This document shows, in pieces, positions 19,004 through 33,775 of a stretch of DNA of 64,000 bases. The notes under the pieces are model-generated. The model was not told the origin of the DNA. It saw only the letters and a list, made by a program, of their open reading frames with translations, and searched no databases. The DNA comes from the human T2T-CHM13v2.0 reference genome, Homo sapiens, in NCBI RefSeq assembly GCF_009914755.1, contig NC_060935.1; one strand, 5' to 3'. The position numbers and the translations under genes are program-made. How positions within the stretch are numbered: position 1 is the first letter of the stretch; each line of letters begins with the position of its first letter.

Positions 19004-19381
19004 TAAGAGTAAGAATTCCCCTTTGTTCCTTGGTTTAGAACCTTCTTTCTGAATGATCAGTCTCAAGCTTTATCAAAAGAGAAGTATGGACACAAATTTT
19101 GAGGCCGTTGCAGCAGTCGATACAGAAGTAAAATCTACAGGACTTGGATAACAGAGCAGGGGAAAGAGAGAAATCAGAGATGACTCTTTTTCAAAGTTTT
19201 TGATTCACTGGATCAGCATTCTAGAAAATTCTTGTGTCACACATCTTTTGATCTGTCCATTGACCACTGCAGAGCTATCATATTCTGTCACAGTATCCTG
19301 TACAAGATAGTGGTTTTAGCATTGTTTAAACAGCACCATCGGCACCTTAAAGGACTTGATGGTATTTTAATTTTTTACAAC

Positions 19382-19668
19382 TTTTTATTTTTATTTTTTT
19401 GAGACAGAGTCTTGCTCTGTTACCCAGGCTTGAGTGCAGTGACATGATCATAGCTCACTGCAGGTTCAAGCGATCCTCCAGCCTCAACCTCCTGAGTAGC
19501 TGGGACTACAGGCATGCACCACCATGCCTGGTTAGTTTTTACATTTTTCTGTAGAGACAAGATCTCACTATGGTGCCCAGGCTGGTCTCCAACCCCTGGC
19601 CTCAAATGATCTCTCGCCTCGGCCTCCCAAAGTGCTAGCATTACAGGTGTGAACCACTGTGCCTAGCC
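19382..19668 (-). mobile_element. Alu (AluJ-like)
   Basis: Reverse Alu dimer. Confidence 0.85.
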
Positions 19669-20145
19669 TTGATGCTATTTTAATTTGGGGAGATTCATTT
19701 GTGGCAGTGTTAGTGGTAGTGCAAAAGTAAACTGCTAATGGGAGCAAAAGAGAAGATCTTAAATCTGGTGTCTTCTTTTTTTTTTTTTTCTTTTAGGGTA
19801 GACAGGAGGCAGAAAGACTAGAAAATAAACCCTCAGCTTATGGGACAGATGATCATCTGTAACTTAAGTTTTCCTAGGTTTCAGTTTACTGTAATTATTT
19901 TCCTTTGACCAGTCTTAGTAAAAACCAGATGTTTTGAGTATTAATAAATGATCTCTGCTTTTAGGATTCAAGGGTAAAAAATGAATATGAAGTAACATTC
20001 TGTTGCTGTTTGAAAATGCCAGAACAAACATTTTAATAGACGCAATAACTGAAATTATTGTCTGGTACCAGAACCACTGTTTTCTTATTTTAGTAGAAAT
20101 TCAGATCCAGGGAAGCAAATCTCTTACAGTGAGTTTCTGTTACAG

Positions 20146-20278
20146 CTAGTCCTCCTCGCTTTGTGACAGTAGAAGAACTTCTAGAGACAGCGAGAGGCGT
20201 CACCAACATGGCTCTAGCCCATGAAATTGTAGTAAATGGAGACTTTCAGATTAAACCAGTTGAATTACCAGAAAACAG
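20146..20278 (+). CDS. TCP11L1: TCP11L1 coding exon 2: [13 protein letters not shown]...VELPEN
   Basis: TTACAG|CT acceptor, AG|GTAAGG donor; 133 nt; phase matches neighbours. Confidence 0.96.
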
Positions 20279-20819
20279 GTAAGGTGGTTGCTAAATTATC
20301 TTGCTTAGTAGAACACTGTCATTTCCCAGTTTTGAAAATGTTTCCTTCAGTTGATACCAATATATTCAAACGTATTTTTCCTTTTGTACATTATTGCTAA
20401 AAAATATTCCTGAACAAGGAACAACCTAAAAATCAAATAAAAGCTCTAAAAATCTTTTGTGAAAGTCTGCCTACTCAGTAGGATCTAGCTGCCTCATCTT
20501 GTGTTTTCATTGCCTTGTTTCATTCACTTCTTTGAAACTATCACACTGCACTATAGTTGTTGGTTTCATCGCAAAGGCGAAGACTGTGGGTTATTCTCTG
20601 TGTCCCTAGTGCCTGGCACTTAACCATTTTTTTATTGAATCAAAAACTCTATTGGTTGTAAGGTGCACCTTTTAAAAATGTGCTGTCATAAGAAAGAGGA
20701 AACACTGCCCATTATAATTATAAAAATGCCATTGATTTTAAGAAAGATCCAAGTTTCTGAGAGATTAAAATATTGGGGAGGGGGGAGTTTGTTTTAGAAT
20801 CAAGGAAATATGCGTGCAA

Positions 20820-21251
20820 GTGCCTTTCTGTCAGCAGCTCACCAAAGTCAGGATTCTGGATGGTGCCTGAGAGTCTCTTAGCCTGTCCTCATGGTTGCAG
20901 GATGAATGCTGCAGCTCCAAGCATCCCATAATACATCAGCCTTCCTGGCAAGAGCAAAAAGTTTGGGAGGACTAGGGCTCTCCTTTTGTTGGAGAGGAAC
21001 ATCTTCCCCTGGAGTCATGAAACAGACATCTGCTAATATTTTGTTAATCAGAATTTAGTCACATGCTACCCTTGCTATAAGTGAACCTGGAGAGCTTAAG
21101 TTGGCTAAAAGGGAATGAACTGCTGTGATGGGCTTATTAGATTAGTCATGATTTATTGTCACAGGCAGAGTATATTGTTGCCCTGAAAAACACTGGGATT
21201 CTGTTAACAAAAGGAGGAGGAATGGCTGCTGTGCTGGCAAGTGTCTCCCAC
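20820..21251. mobile_element. MLT1-type MaLR LTR fragment
   Basis: Diverged MLT1-like motifs (GCTGCAGCTCCAAGCATC; TCACATGCTACCCTTGCT; GGGATTCTGTTAACAAAAGGAGG); boundaries approximate. Confidence 0.5.
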
Positions 21252-21361
21252 AGGAAGCTTCTAAATATGACTTCACAGAGATTTCTTATATCTGCAAAGA
21301 TGGTACTTTTTTGCATTTAATAGTGAAGAATTGCTTGTTTTGTGCTCAAGACAGAAAGACA

Positions 21362-22024
<663 letters not shown>

Positions 22025-22667
22025 TAAGCAGTTGTCCCATGTATCACATGGAAATATGATATTTTTAGGAAATAAAGTCCTTCAACCTACTACATACTGA
22101 ATTGTTATCTTATTATTATTATTTTATTTTTTTGAGACAGAGTCTCGCTCTGTTGTCCAGGCTGGAGTGTAGTGGCACTATCTCGGCTCACTGCAACCTC
22201 TGGCCAGGCTGATCTCGAACTCCTCACCTCAGGTGAGCTGCCTGCCTCGGCCTCCAAAAGTGCTGGGATTACAGGCGTAAGTCACAACGCCCAGCCTAAA
22301 TTGTTATCTTAGACTACCTAATTATAAACATCTTAGGAAACTTACTAGTAACAGGGAACTAAAATTAACAGCTTTGAACTTTCCAATATTCTTATTATAT
22401 GGCACTGTCATATGCTGTTTCTTGGATTAATGTTGGCTATCCAGTTAGTTGAGAGCGATTCTTTCCAATGAGATGCTTATTGCAAAAAATCACTAACTTT
22501 TAAAATAAAGTATGCCCTCAGTTGAAGTATGCCTGGGAAATCTTTCCTTGGTCCAAATCACTGGGATTGATCTTACCCTAAACCCATAGTATTTGTGCTT
22601 TTGAAAGTGATTTGAAACTCAAATATTTTGGTTTTTGCCCCCCTCCTTTTTTTTTTCACTGCCCCAG

Positions 22668-22788
22668 CTTGAAGAAGAGAGTAAAGGAGATTGTACATAA
22701 AGCGTTTTGGGATTGCTTGAGTGTGCAGCTAAGTGAAGATCCCCCAGCATATGACCATGCTATCAAACTTGTAGGAGAAATCAAAGAG
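22668..22788 (+). CDS. TCP11L1: TCP11L1 coding exon 3: [15 protein letters not shown]...GEIKE
   Basis: CCCCAG|C acceptor, GAG|GTGAGG donor; 121 nt; TCP11-family KAFWD motif. Confidence 0.97.
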
Positions 22789-23471
22789 GTGAGGCAAAGA
22801 GTGAATTGTGATGCTTTTCTGGTGTGTTAGGAGTGTTTATTCAACTTCTTGTGTCACCACCAGAAGACTTTAAAGAAATTGAAGGATCAAGAAGTTAAAG
22901 TACTTGCCAGAAGGTGGATCAAGAGTGTTTTTGGCTTAATGCCCTTTTTTAAAAAAAAGTTTTAAGCAAACCATGATAACCTGAAGGCATTTAAGACAAC
23001 AAAGTTATTTCACAAAATCTAGTTTATTTATAAATTTTAATAGGTGTGGACACATTCCATTTATAATGGCCAAAAAGTGACTCAGCCTTTGGGACAGAGA
23101 AAGCTTTAGGTGGAGGGACTGTTTTTGCAGCGCCTTTAGCAGTAGCATCAAAGAAGAAATGTATGCATGGAAATTGTCATCAGCTATGGTTGGCTCACAG
23201 GCTCACATTAATAAACATGCTTTTCTTTTTTCACCATTAACAGTTTTTTCTTCTATCCATTTAATTGCTACCTAGGGCTTAAATGGAAGCTTAAGTAGCT
23301 ATTGTAAATGATTTGTAAACATGTTTTTCTGTAGGTTTGTTGAATAAGAAGTAAAATATGTGCAATATTACGTAGCAATTGAGAAGCCCTTATTTGGATA
23401 GTTATAAATTACATATAATTAGAAATGATGTCTAAAGAATTTTGATTAAACGTAGCTGTGTTCTCTTGTAG

Positions 23472-23692
23472 ACTCTCTTATCTTTCTTGCTGCCTGGTCA
23501 TACTAGACTGAGAAACCAGATAACAGAAGTCTTGGATCTGGATCTGATAAAGCAGGAAGCAGAGAATGGGGCGCTAGACATTTCCAGGCTGGCAGAATTC
23601 ATTATTGGCATGATGGGGACACTGTGTGCACCTGCTCGAGATGAGGAAGTTAAGAAACTAAAGGACATTAAGGAAATAGTGCCCCTTTTCAG
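23472..23692 (+). CDS. TCP11L1: TCP11L1 coding exon 4: [10 protein letters not shown]...[10 protein letters not shown]...PLF
   Basis: TTGTAG|ACT acceptor, AG|GTATGG donor; 221 nt; TCP11 LCAPxRD motif. Confidence 0.97.
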
Positions 23693-23709
23693 GTATGGAA
23701 ATATGTTAA

Positions 23710-24051
<342 letters not shown>

Positions 24052-24511
24052 AGAACTATTTTCAATTTAAACTTCCTGAAGTCTTGGTACTCATGGATTT
24101 AAAAAAAAAAAAAAAATTTGTAAAATGCAGAAAAGTAAAAAGAAGACATTTACTCATAATTTTACCTCTCAGAGGCATAATCACTCTTATCATTTTGATA
24201 CATAGATATATTTTTTATACATTAATTTCCTTCAACATTTTCTTTTGAAAAATTCCAAACCTACAGAAAAGTTACAAAAACAGTACAATCAACACTCACA
24301 AGCCCTTCATGTGGATCCATCAGTTTTTATCATGTTGTCACATTTGCTATGCTGCCCAGGCTGGTCTGGAACTCCTGGGCTCAAGCAGTCCTCCCGCCTT
24401 GGCCTCCCAAAGTGTTGGGATTACAGGTGTGAGCCACGCGTCTGGTCCTCTTTTCCTTTAATGCTATGTTTACTTTACAAATGCTTGCTTCTAAATCCTT
24501 TTTTCTTTCAG

Positions 24512-24648
24512 AGAAATTTTTTCTGTGTTGGACCTAATGAAAGTGGACATGGCCAACTTTGCTATCAGTAGCATCAGGCCTCATCTCATGCAGCAGTCAG
24601 TTGAATACGAAAGGAAGAAGTTTCAAGAGATTTTGGAGAGGCAACCAA
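24512..24648 (+). CDS. TCP11L1: TCP11L1 coding exon 5: [16 protein letters not shown]...ERQP
   Basis: TTTCAG|A acceptor, AA|GTATGT donor; 137 nt. Confidence 0.97.
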
Positions 24649-26491
24649 GTATGTTGAATATTTTGTGGTACTTTTTTTGTTGTCTGTGGTTTTTCATTTT
24701 AGCTGCCATAGCTTGTTGCATAATATTATTTTCAGAACAAAACTAAAATTTAGTAGGAGAATAGTCTAATTTGAAGAAGGAAAAGCACAAAATGTTGGGA
24801 CTACATCTAGAGTTGTTAAGCATTGAAAAGAAAACTTAATTGACAAGCAAAAGGAATGTGAGTAGGCTATGAGAATAGAAATTAAAAACAATGAATTCCT
24901 AAATTATAAATGGTTTTTTGATGAAAACACCAGTTTGAAGTAAAATACATTCTTGGTCTTGATTTTTGAAAACATGACAGACATCCTGTGAATGTTAATT
25001 CACTTTTCTTCTCCCTGTGTGGCACAGCAGGAAATTTAACTTTGCTTTTGTTCTGGATGCATAAATCTTCTTGTTTCATACCCAGGAAGAGTCTCATTTT
25101 TATGAACCTCTCCGATGACTGCAGAAAACAGACGACTCTCAGAATCTAAAACTACGTTGTATTTCTAGGGTGCTTTTTATGGTCTCTGCATTGCTAACTG
25201 ACATTCTGGGTAAATTTCAGTCTTCAGATTCAATGTATGATGAATTCCATTTGGCCTCTAACTTTGCTGACGAGGAGATGAAAACAGCAGTCTCTGGGTT
25301 GGTTGGGTTGCCTGACCAGATTAGTTAAGTGAATGCCCCATGCAGTTGATTCATCCAGCCCCAGGCAGAGGAGTCTGAGGTGGTGCTGGGGCCGGGGCAG
25401 GTTGAGAAAGGACAGGGTAGAGGTAGAAGTAGAAGAAGTTTGGTAATGTTTACTAAGTGCCAGGCTTGTGCCAAGGGCTGGATGTACATGATCATATGTA
25501 ATCCTCACACAGTAAGCTGATGAGCCAGGCACCTTTTTTTTAATCCCATTTTACAGATGTTGGAAACAGGTTTTGGGAGATTTTTGACCAGAATGGATTG
25601 ACCACAAGCTCACACTCTCACCAGTGTTGTGAGAGTACTGGGAAGAGTTTTTTCTTGTTGTTGTTGTTGTTTTCTTTGAGATAGAGTCTCCTCACTCTGT
25701 CACCCAGGCTGGAGTGCAGTGGCACGATCTCTGCTCACTGCAACCTCCGCTAGGCAGAGTTTTGTAGCCTGAAGAGCCGTAATATTAAGGCCTGGACCTG
25801 GAAGCTGGGGCATAGTGGAGGACTCACTGGTAGGGTGGAAGCAGCTACAGTGCCTGCATCTAGCACTTAACTCACAACATGAAAGCCTGGGTTTCCCAAA
25901 GCTGGGGGGTTACGGAGAATATTATCAGCAGAAGAGAGGGTGAAGCCAGATGGCCCAGGAGTCATGACCGAGAGCTCAGGGTGAACTGGAGCTGCATCCC
26001 CCTGCCCCAGTGAAGAGCAAACCACAGCTGTGACCTTGGCCGCCCACTTGGTTTTAAGGAAGCAGGAAGCCTCCACTAACAGAGCTGCAACACCTGCTGG
26101 GACCTGACAGGTGCAGTTTTTATCAGATGATGTGTGAGATCCTCCAGCTCTCTCTCTGTATCCCTCAGAGTGCCCCCTGCATTACCAAGCTTAGAAAAGT
26201 AGGGGTGCAGGAGGGCTGCTGAAAGCCAGATGGGGCTTCCCTGACAGAGTTCACTTTCCCCCAGGTTGAAAGGAAGCCAGATTGATACAAGGTTAAGATC
26301 TAAACAAGGAAAAGCCTCATCATCAGTGTAGAGGATACTTTACACAGGGAAACTCTAGCTGGTGTCTCATCCTATCTGTCTCTAGAGCTGGAGTTGCCAG
26401 GGCTTTGGGGTCCATCTCATGCAGTGGTCAGGATGGGAGAGAAGGGAAGGAAGGTTTGTTAAATACCAGGTGGGTGGCAAGGCCTGGCTAG

Positions 26492-26824
<333 letters not shown>

Positions 26825-27082
26825 TAATCCTCACAACAGCCTGTGAGGTGGGTGTTGTAAATTTGCCTATATCAGGCATCTGAAACTCAGACACATTATG
26901 ACTTGCCTGAGATCCCTCAGTTAGTCATTGGCACTACTATGATTTGATCCAAGTTTTATTTGATTCCAAAGTTCATACTTTATACTTTATCACTCCACCA
27001 GGACATCGATTGTCCCTTAAGTAATTCCGAGAAGCATCCCTTCTTGGTGTCAAGGTAATGTGTGCAGCTTTGTTTTTCACAG

Positions 27083-27279
27083 ATTCCCTGGACTTTGTCA
27101 CCCAGTGGCTGGAAGAAGCCTCAGAGGACCTTATGACTCAGAAGTATAAACACGCCCTGCCAGTGGGGGGAATGGCTGCTGGCTCTGGGGACATGCCCAG
27201 GCTGAGCCCTGTTGCTGTCCAGAATTACGCTTACCTGAAGCTTCTGAAGTGGGACCACCTCCAGAGGCCGTTCCCCGAA
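27083..27279 (+). CDS. TCP11L1: TCP11L1 coding exon 6: [11 protein letters not shown]...RPFPE
   Basis: TCACAG|AT acceptor, GAA|GTAGGT donor; 197 nt. Confidence 0.97.
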
Positions 27280-27351
27280 GTAGGTCTCCTGAGCCATCTC
27301 ACTACTCATATTTGTTTTTGTGCTGCTGAACTTTTTAAAAAGAATAGCTTT

Positions 27352-27680
27352 GGCCAGGCACGGTGGCTCACTCCTGTAATCCCAGCACTTTGGGAGGCAG
27401 AGGCAGGCAGATTGCTTGAGGTCAGGAGTTCAAGACTTGCCTGGGCAACATGGCAAAACACCCTCTGTACTAAAAATACAAAAAATTAGCTGGGCGTGGT
27501 AGCAGGGGCCTGTAGCCCCAGCTACTTGGGAGGCTGAGGCAGAGAATTGCTTGAACCTGGGAGGCGGAGCTTGCAGTGAGCCAAGATTGCACCACTGCAC
27601 TCCAGCCTGGGCGACAGAGCGAGACTCTGTCTCAAAAAATAAAAATAAATAAGTAAATAAATAAAATAAAAAATAAAAAG
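27352..27680 (+). mobile_element. Alu
   Basis: Full dimer; TSD AAAAGAATAGCTTT. Confidence 0.9.
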
Positions 27681-27689
27681 AATAGCTTT

Positions 27690-29010
27690 ATTCTGATATA
27701 ATTCATGTACCAGAAGATTCTCCCTTTTAAAGTGTACAACTCAGTGTTTTCTAGTATAGTCACAGAGTTACGCATCCATTGCCACTGTTTAATTGAGAAC
27801 ATTTTCATCACCTCCAATAGAAACGCTGCATCCATCAGCGGTCACTGCCCTCCCCCCCTCCCTCCAACGCCTGAAGCCACAGATCTGCTTTCTGTCTCTA
27901 TGGATTTGCCTATCCTGGACATTTTATTTAAATGAAATCATACACTACCAGCCTTTTGTGCCTGGCTTCTTTCACCAATGTTTTTTCACGTTGTAGCACA
28001 TATAGCAGTAGTTTAGTCCTCTTTTCCACTGTGTTTTTTTTGTTGTTGTGGTAAAATACACATAACATAAAGTTTACCATTTTAACCATTTCTAGTTGTC
28101 CAGTTCAGTGGCATTAAGTGCATCCACATTGTTGTGCAACCATTGCCACCAGCCACCTCCAAAACATTTTCGTTTTTCCTTCTGTGAAACTGTCTTCCCA
28201 CCAAACACACCAAACAGTAATTCCCATTGCCCCCGCCCTCTGGCCCCTGGCAGCCACCATTCTACTTTGAGTCTCTGTGAATTGGACTAATCCGGGTACT
28301 TAATATGAGTGGAATTATACAATCTTTGTCCTTTTGGGTCTGGCTTATTTTACTTAGCATAATGTCTTCAAGGTTCATTTATGTTGTAGTATGTGTCAGT
28401 GTTCCCTTTCTGGGTTTTTTAAAATTTTTTTAAATTTTAGAGACAGGGTCTCATTGAATTGCTCAGGCTAGGTGGTACGACAGCTCACTGTAACTTTGAA
28501 CTTCAGGGCCCAAGTGATCCTCCTGCCTCAGCCTCCTGGGTAGCTAGGACTACAAGAGTGTACCACCACACCCAGCTAATTTTTAAGTGTGTTTTTTGTG
28601 GAGACAGGGGTCTCGCTATGTTACTCAGGCTGATCTTAAACTCCTGGCCTCAAGTGGTCCTCCCTCCTTGGCCTCCCAGTGTTGGGATTACAGGCATGAG
28701 CTACCATGCCCAGCCCTCCTTTCTTTTTTAGGCTGAATAATATATTTTACTGTATGGATGTACCACATTTTGTTTATTCATTCATCAGTTGACAAACATT
28801 TGGGTTGTTATTATAAATTATGCTTCTGTGAATATTCCAGTACAAGTTTTTGCATGGACATATGTTTTTACCTCTCTTGGTTACGTACCTAGGATTAGAA
28901 TTGCTGGGTTACATGGTGACTCTTAAGTTTAACATTTTGAGGAACTGCCAAACTGATTTCCAAAGCAGCTGCATCATTTTACCATCCCACCAGCAATGTA
29001 TGAGGCTCCA
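27690..29010 (-). mobile_element. L1M 3'-end fragments with an inserted Alu (~28414-28716)
   Basis: Antisense L1MB/L1ME-type text (TCTGTCTCTATGGATTTGCCTATCCTGGACATTT; TGAGGAACTGCCAAACTGATTTCCAAAGCAGCTG). Confidence 0.75.
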
Positions 29011-29099
29011 GTCTGTGCTGCTGAATTTTTCTCCTGTTTTTACTCATCTTGATGGAAACCACAACAGAGGTGTGGTTGTTCACAGCTTTATCTAAAGAA

Positions 29100-29724
29100 A
29101 CTTCTTCCCCTTCCATGCTGAACAATATTTTTTTCTTTTTATGTTTTTCACAATACATACTTCTAACTGCAAGACCTCTTTAAGAAGATGACTAAGAAGG
29201 GATTCCCCCAGTGTTTCTCTAAATAGCTGTTTTGTTATGTAGACTCCCCCTCTCTTTTTGGGGGGTACGTGAGCTTCTTATCACTAGCCTCAGATCCAGA
29301 TACTTCTCTAAATATCTTTCTTATAAGTTCCTTATTTTTCCTTTCAAGAAGTTGTGAGCTTAAGGTTTCACCTCTTGCCTCTGAGTTCCCCGTTTTGTGC
29401 TGGAGGAAGCTCTAAAGAGAATGTCAAATTGGAGATGGGAAAATGTTCCCTTTGAACTGTGGCATGTTCTCTTCTGGAGGGAAGTTCTCAGCCTGACATG
29501 TCTATTTAAAAATAGCTGTGGGAGACCATCCAATACCTCCCTTTTCCCCACCGCTGATCATCTTCCCCAGGCCTTAGATACCCCTGCTTCTTCATCCCAT
29601 AAATATCCCTAAGCCCTCTCTATGGAGAGGGGGATGTGAGACCTGTTCTCCAGCCTCCTCACTTGGCAGTCTTATGAATAAACCCTCTCGTAAAAAAAAT
29701 AAATAGAAAAGAAAAGAAAAGAAA
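29100..29724 (+). mobile_element. ERV1/MER4-group-like LTR fragment ending in an A-rich tail
   Basis: TATA-like CATAAATAT ~29598; R-region-like GAGACCTGTTCTCCAGCCTCCTCACTTGGC; AATAAA 29677-29682; A-rich tract 29692-29724; 5' boundary uncertain. Confidence 0.55.
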
Positions 29725-30523
29725 CGCTGTGGGGAAGATGGTGATGGTCCCTGGGGACAGCTGTCTACTCCAGGAATTGATCCTTGGCAATCTGCATCCT
29801 AAACTCACGTCCTGCTGTTGGGAAGCCACAAAGCCATGTGAAGTCAGAAAACAGGCTGACGATGAGTCCTTGGGATTGTATTTGTATCAGCAGAGGATTC
29901 TCAATCCTCAGGGTTTTTACTTCTTGGCTGTGACCCACATTGTTCATGTCTTGACTTGGCAAATCTCAGTTTCTGACAGCAAGAAAGGTCCTTAGAGTCC
30001 ATTCGATGAGCCTGTAAACTCTCAGATCAGATTCCCATCTGTGCAGCCTTTCCCTTCTCCTTCCCTCAGCCACACGGGTGGGGGCGCTGGCATGGTAGGA
30101 CCCAGGACTGTCTTTAACATGGGGGAGGCAGTCATGGGAATGTGCTTGCTTTCCGGGAGGCTTTAGATTGTTCTCTGTCACTTCTACTCTCTGTGCTTCC
30201 TGTTTCTTTCTCTTCCTCTTTATTTACTCGCCAGTTCTTACAAGCTTCCTTTGTGCTGGGTGCTGAGCGGATACCAAGATGAATAAGTGTAGGCTCTGCC
30301 TGCAAGGCAGTCCTCCCTTCCATTGCTCTGGGATTTTTGTTGTTGTTGTTTTAAGATGGAGTCTCACTATGTTGTCCAAGCTGCAGTGTAGTGGCTATTC
30401 ACAGGCATAATCGTAGTGCACTGCAGCCTCGAAATTCCGGCCTCAGTGATCTTCCTGCCTGAGCCTCCCAGTAGCTGGGACTGCAGGCACCCACCATCGC
30501 ACCTGGCCTTCCATTGCTCTGTA

Positions 30524-30639
30524 CAGGGTGACTGGCTGTCCTAGTTTGCTAGGGACTGAGTGAGGGTTCACAGGACTTGGGAATTTCCATTTGAAAACTG
30601 GGACAGTCCCAGACAAACTGGGAGGAGTTGGTGACCCTA
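30524..30639. mobile_element. MER81-like hAT-Blackjack MITE (palindromic)
   Basis: CAGGGTGAC...GTGACCCTA termini, internal GGGACTG/CAGTCCC inverted repeat, degenerate 8-bp TSD. Confidence 0.65.
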
Positions 30640-30822
30640 GGTCTGTGCCTCATTATACTTTTCTTCCTAACAATAAGTATAACTTTTATTTATCGAGTGC
30701 TGGCTCTGCCAGCCACTTTATATGTAGCATCTTTCTTCAGCTTTAAAACAGCCCTGTGATGTGGGAGTCCCCATTCTGCAGAGGCCCGACAAAGTTGGGG
30801 ATGCATGCATGAGGTCATGCTA

Positions 30823-31114
<292 letters not shown>

Positions 31115-31382
31115 CGGGGAGGTCATGGTATTAAGCACGGAGCCTGGCTTTACACCCAGGCCTGTCTGTGTTCTTAGTGAGGGCGCTATACTGCATCCTT
31201 GCTCAGGAGGAACGGCTCTGAGATAGAGGGGTTATTTCACACCAGACTCCCTCAAAGCTCTGACACACTAGCGCAAACCCTGAGGGAAGCTGCAGAGGCA
31301 GGTGTGGGGGCTGTGGCGCTCCCGCCCTCTGCTGGCCAACCTGGACCTGCAGCTCAGCGATGGCCTCTTCTATTCATTACAG

Positions 31383-31564
31383 ACAGTTTTAATGGACCAG
31401 TCTCGCTTCCACGAGCTCCAGTTGCAGCTGGAACAACTGACCATCCTGGGGGCTGTGTTGCTGGTCACCTTCAGCATGGCAGCGCCAGGAATTTCCAGCC
31501 AGGCCGACTTTGCTGAGAAACTCAAGATGATTGTGAAGATTTTGCTAACAGATATGCACCTGCC
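31383..31564 (+). CDS. TCP11L1: TCP11L1 coding exon 7: [12 protein letters not shown]...TDMHL
   Basis: TTACAG|ACA acceptor, CC|GTAAGT donor; 182 nt. Confidence 0.97.
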
Positions 31565-33481
31565 GTAAGTGGAACTTTGATGCGTGGATGGGACGCAGTG
31601 GATGTCAGAGAGCCGACTGGAGTCTCCCAGAGGGGTCTCCCACTGTAAGGCAGAGCCCAGGGCCACTCTCTAGGAACTGAGAAGAAACCTTGCTGTCTCA
31701 GTTGGTTCACTTGGCGAAGACCCCAGCAGAGTTTATTTAGGGTCATAGGGTCAAAGTTAGAATCTGCTGCAGGGTTAGCAGAGCTCTAGGATAGTGGCTT
31801 CAAAATGTGTGTGACTAGCCGAGTAGCCTGTCGGGCCTTAGAGGCCACACCAAGGAGTTGGGTTATTGTCCTAAGAGCAGTAGGGAGCCATTGAAGGATT
31901 TGAAGCAAGAGGGGGAACGTAATTAGATTTATGCCCTTAAGTTTAAATTTTGGCATGGGGCACATAGTAGATGTGAGGGAGCATTTAGGAGGCGAGAGAA
32001 GAAGTGGCTCGGGCTGGGGGGTAAGCCATGAGCAGGGTGGGGAGCGCTGGTACCAATGGTTGCTTGCCTTGAGGAATTGGAGATCCCGGGCTTAGAGGTC
32101 CCGCGGCCCTCCATTCCCTGTTAGCATGCTCCTCCCGGGGCCTGGCTCGGTGTTGAGTGCCATCAACTCATTTGTTCTCCCTACGCAGGGAGCAGGATGC
32201 TGTCTGACCCCTTCCTTCTTTAATGGGGTTGTCTTTGTCTCCTGACCTCCAAGGTTCTTGTGTTTGTTTGTTGAGTGCTTTATTCCTCTCCCAAAGCCAT
32301 TCAAATGTATTAAACTCTTACTGGAGCTTATGAAGAAACTGGAACCCAGAGACATTAATTGGGACAAAAATGTTTGTGACTAGGACCTGCAGTAAGAAAT
32401 TCATTTTCCATTGTGACCTAGTACACACTTAACACACGTGTAACAGAAACGAAAACTTCTCAAACTGGAACTGACCCTAACTGTGTTTAATGCAGCCTGA
32501 TTGTTTCTACTCTATTCTTATTCCATTAAAAAAAAAAATTGGTTGCTACCCACTGAATTGCTTTCATAACCGACTAACAGTGAAAAGCAGAGCCCTAGAG
32601 GAAGGTCATGAGAGAAACCAGCTATATTCCTGCAGAGCTGCATGTATGTGGTTGAAGTGTTCTGCCCTTGCTTGTTCCCTGTAGGCGTTCTGTGCTCAGT
32701 GTAATGCATCATTTTCTTACCCAGCACGAGTCCACATCTGCACGCGTGCAGGCTTCAGTGACCGCTCCTACCATGGAGTCATGTTGGGTGACTTCTATGG
32801 TTTCCAGCCTATAGAATATCTTTGAGTGGTTCTAAGTAAATGCTCTATCTAACAAGGTCCAATTCAGAGACTTCTTCAAGGGAAGTACCCCCTAAACATT
32901 CTCATCCTTACAAAATGGAGGAATTTTACTGCTGAATTTTCACAAAGCATGGCTGTGTTCAGTGCAGTGTGGGGCGTGTCCGTAAGTTGTGACTAGGGCC
33001 TCAACAGTTTTGACAGTCAAACTAGTTTGCTGAGAGGCCAGGAAACTTGTTTGCTCAGCTGAGGGCCTAGCCTGAGGCCTTTGCACAGGTACAGCTCTGG
33101 GCTGTCACCTAGGTCCCCTGCCTGGAGAACTACTCTGTCAAAGCTCCCGCTGAGGGTGGGGTCCAGGTCAGTGCTTTCTTGGGAGCCCAGCCTTGCACTC
33201 CCATATCCTCCCTGGTCCTCCAGGGGTGGGCACAGAGCTGGTGCCAATGGTGAGTGCCAGGGCTTGCTCCCATGCCCCCCAGTAATTCTACATACAAAGG
33301 ATCTAGACCCACAACAGAGGCAGTTACCTTCTCACAGCATGCCTGCCAGCATGGGGGCTCCCCACAGGCACCCTGGGAGAGCCTGGGGGACCCAGGGTAT
33401 CCAGGTACTCTTTTTTTTTAACTTTAGGATTTCACTTTTCGTTATTCTTTTATTTTTTAAAAATTTTTTAATTTTTATATA

Positions 33482-33775
33482 TTTTTTTATTTTTTTGTGA
33501 TGGAGTTTCACTCTTGTTGCCCAGGCTGGAGTGCAATGACGTGATCTCGGCGTCCACTTCCTGGATTCAAGTGATTCTCCTACCACAGTCTCCTGAGTAG
33601 CTGGGATTACAGGCACCTATCACCATGCCCAGCTAATCTTTTTGTATTTTTAGTAGAGATGGGGTTTCACCATGTTGGCCAGGCTGGTCTTGAACTCCTG
33701 ACCTAGAACTCCTGATCCATCTGCCTTGGCCTCCCAAAGTTCTGGGATTATAGGCGTGAGCCACTGAGCCCGGCC
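33482..33775 (-). mobile_element. Alu
   Basis: Reverse dimer. Confidence 0.85.
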
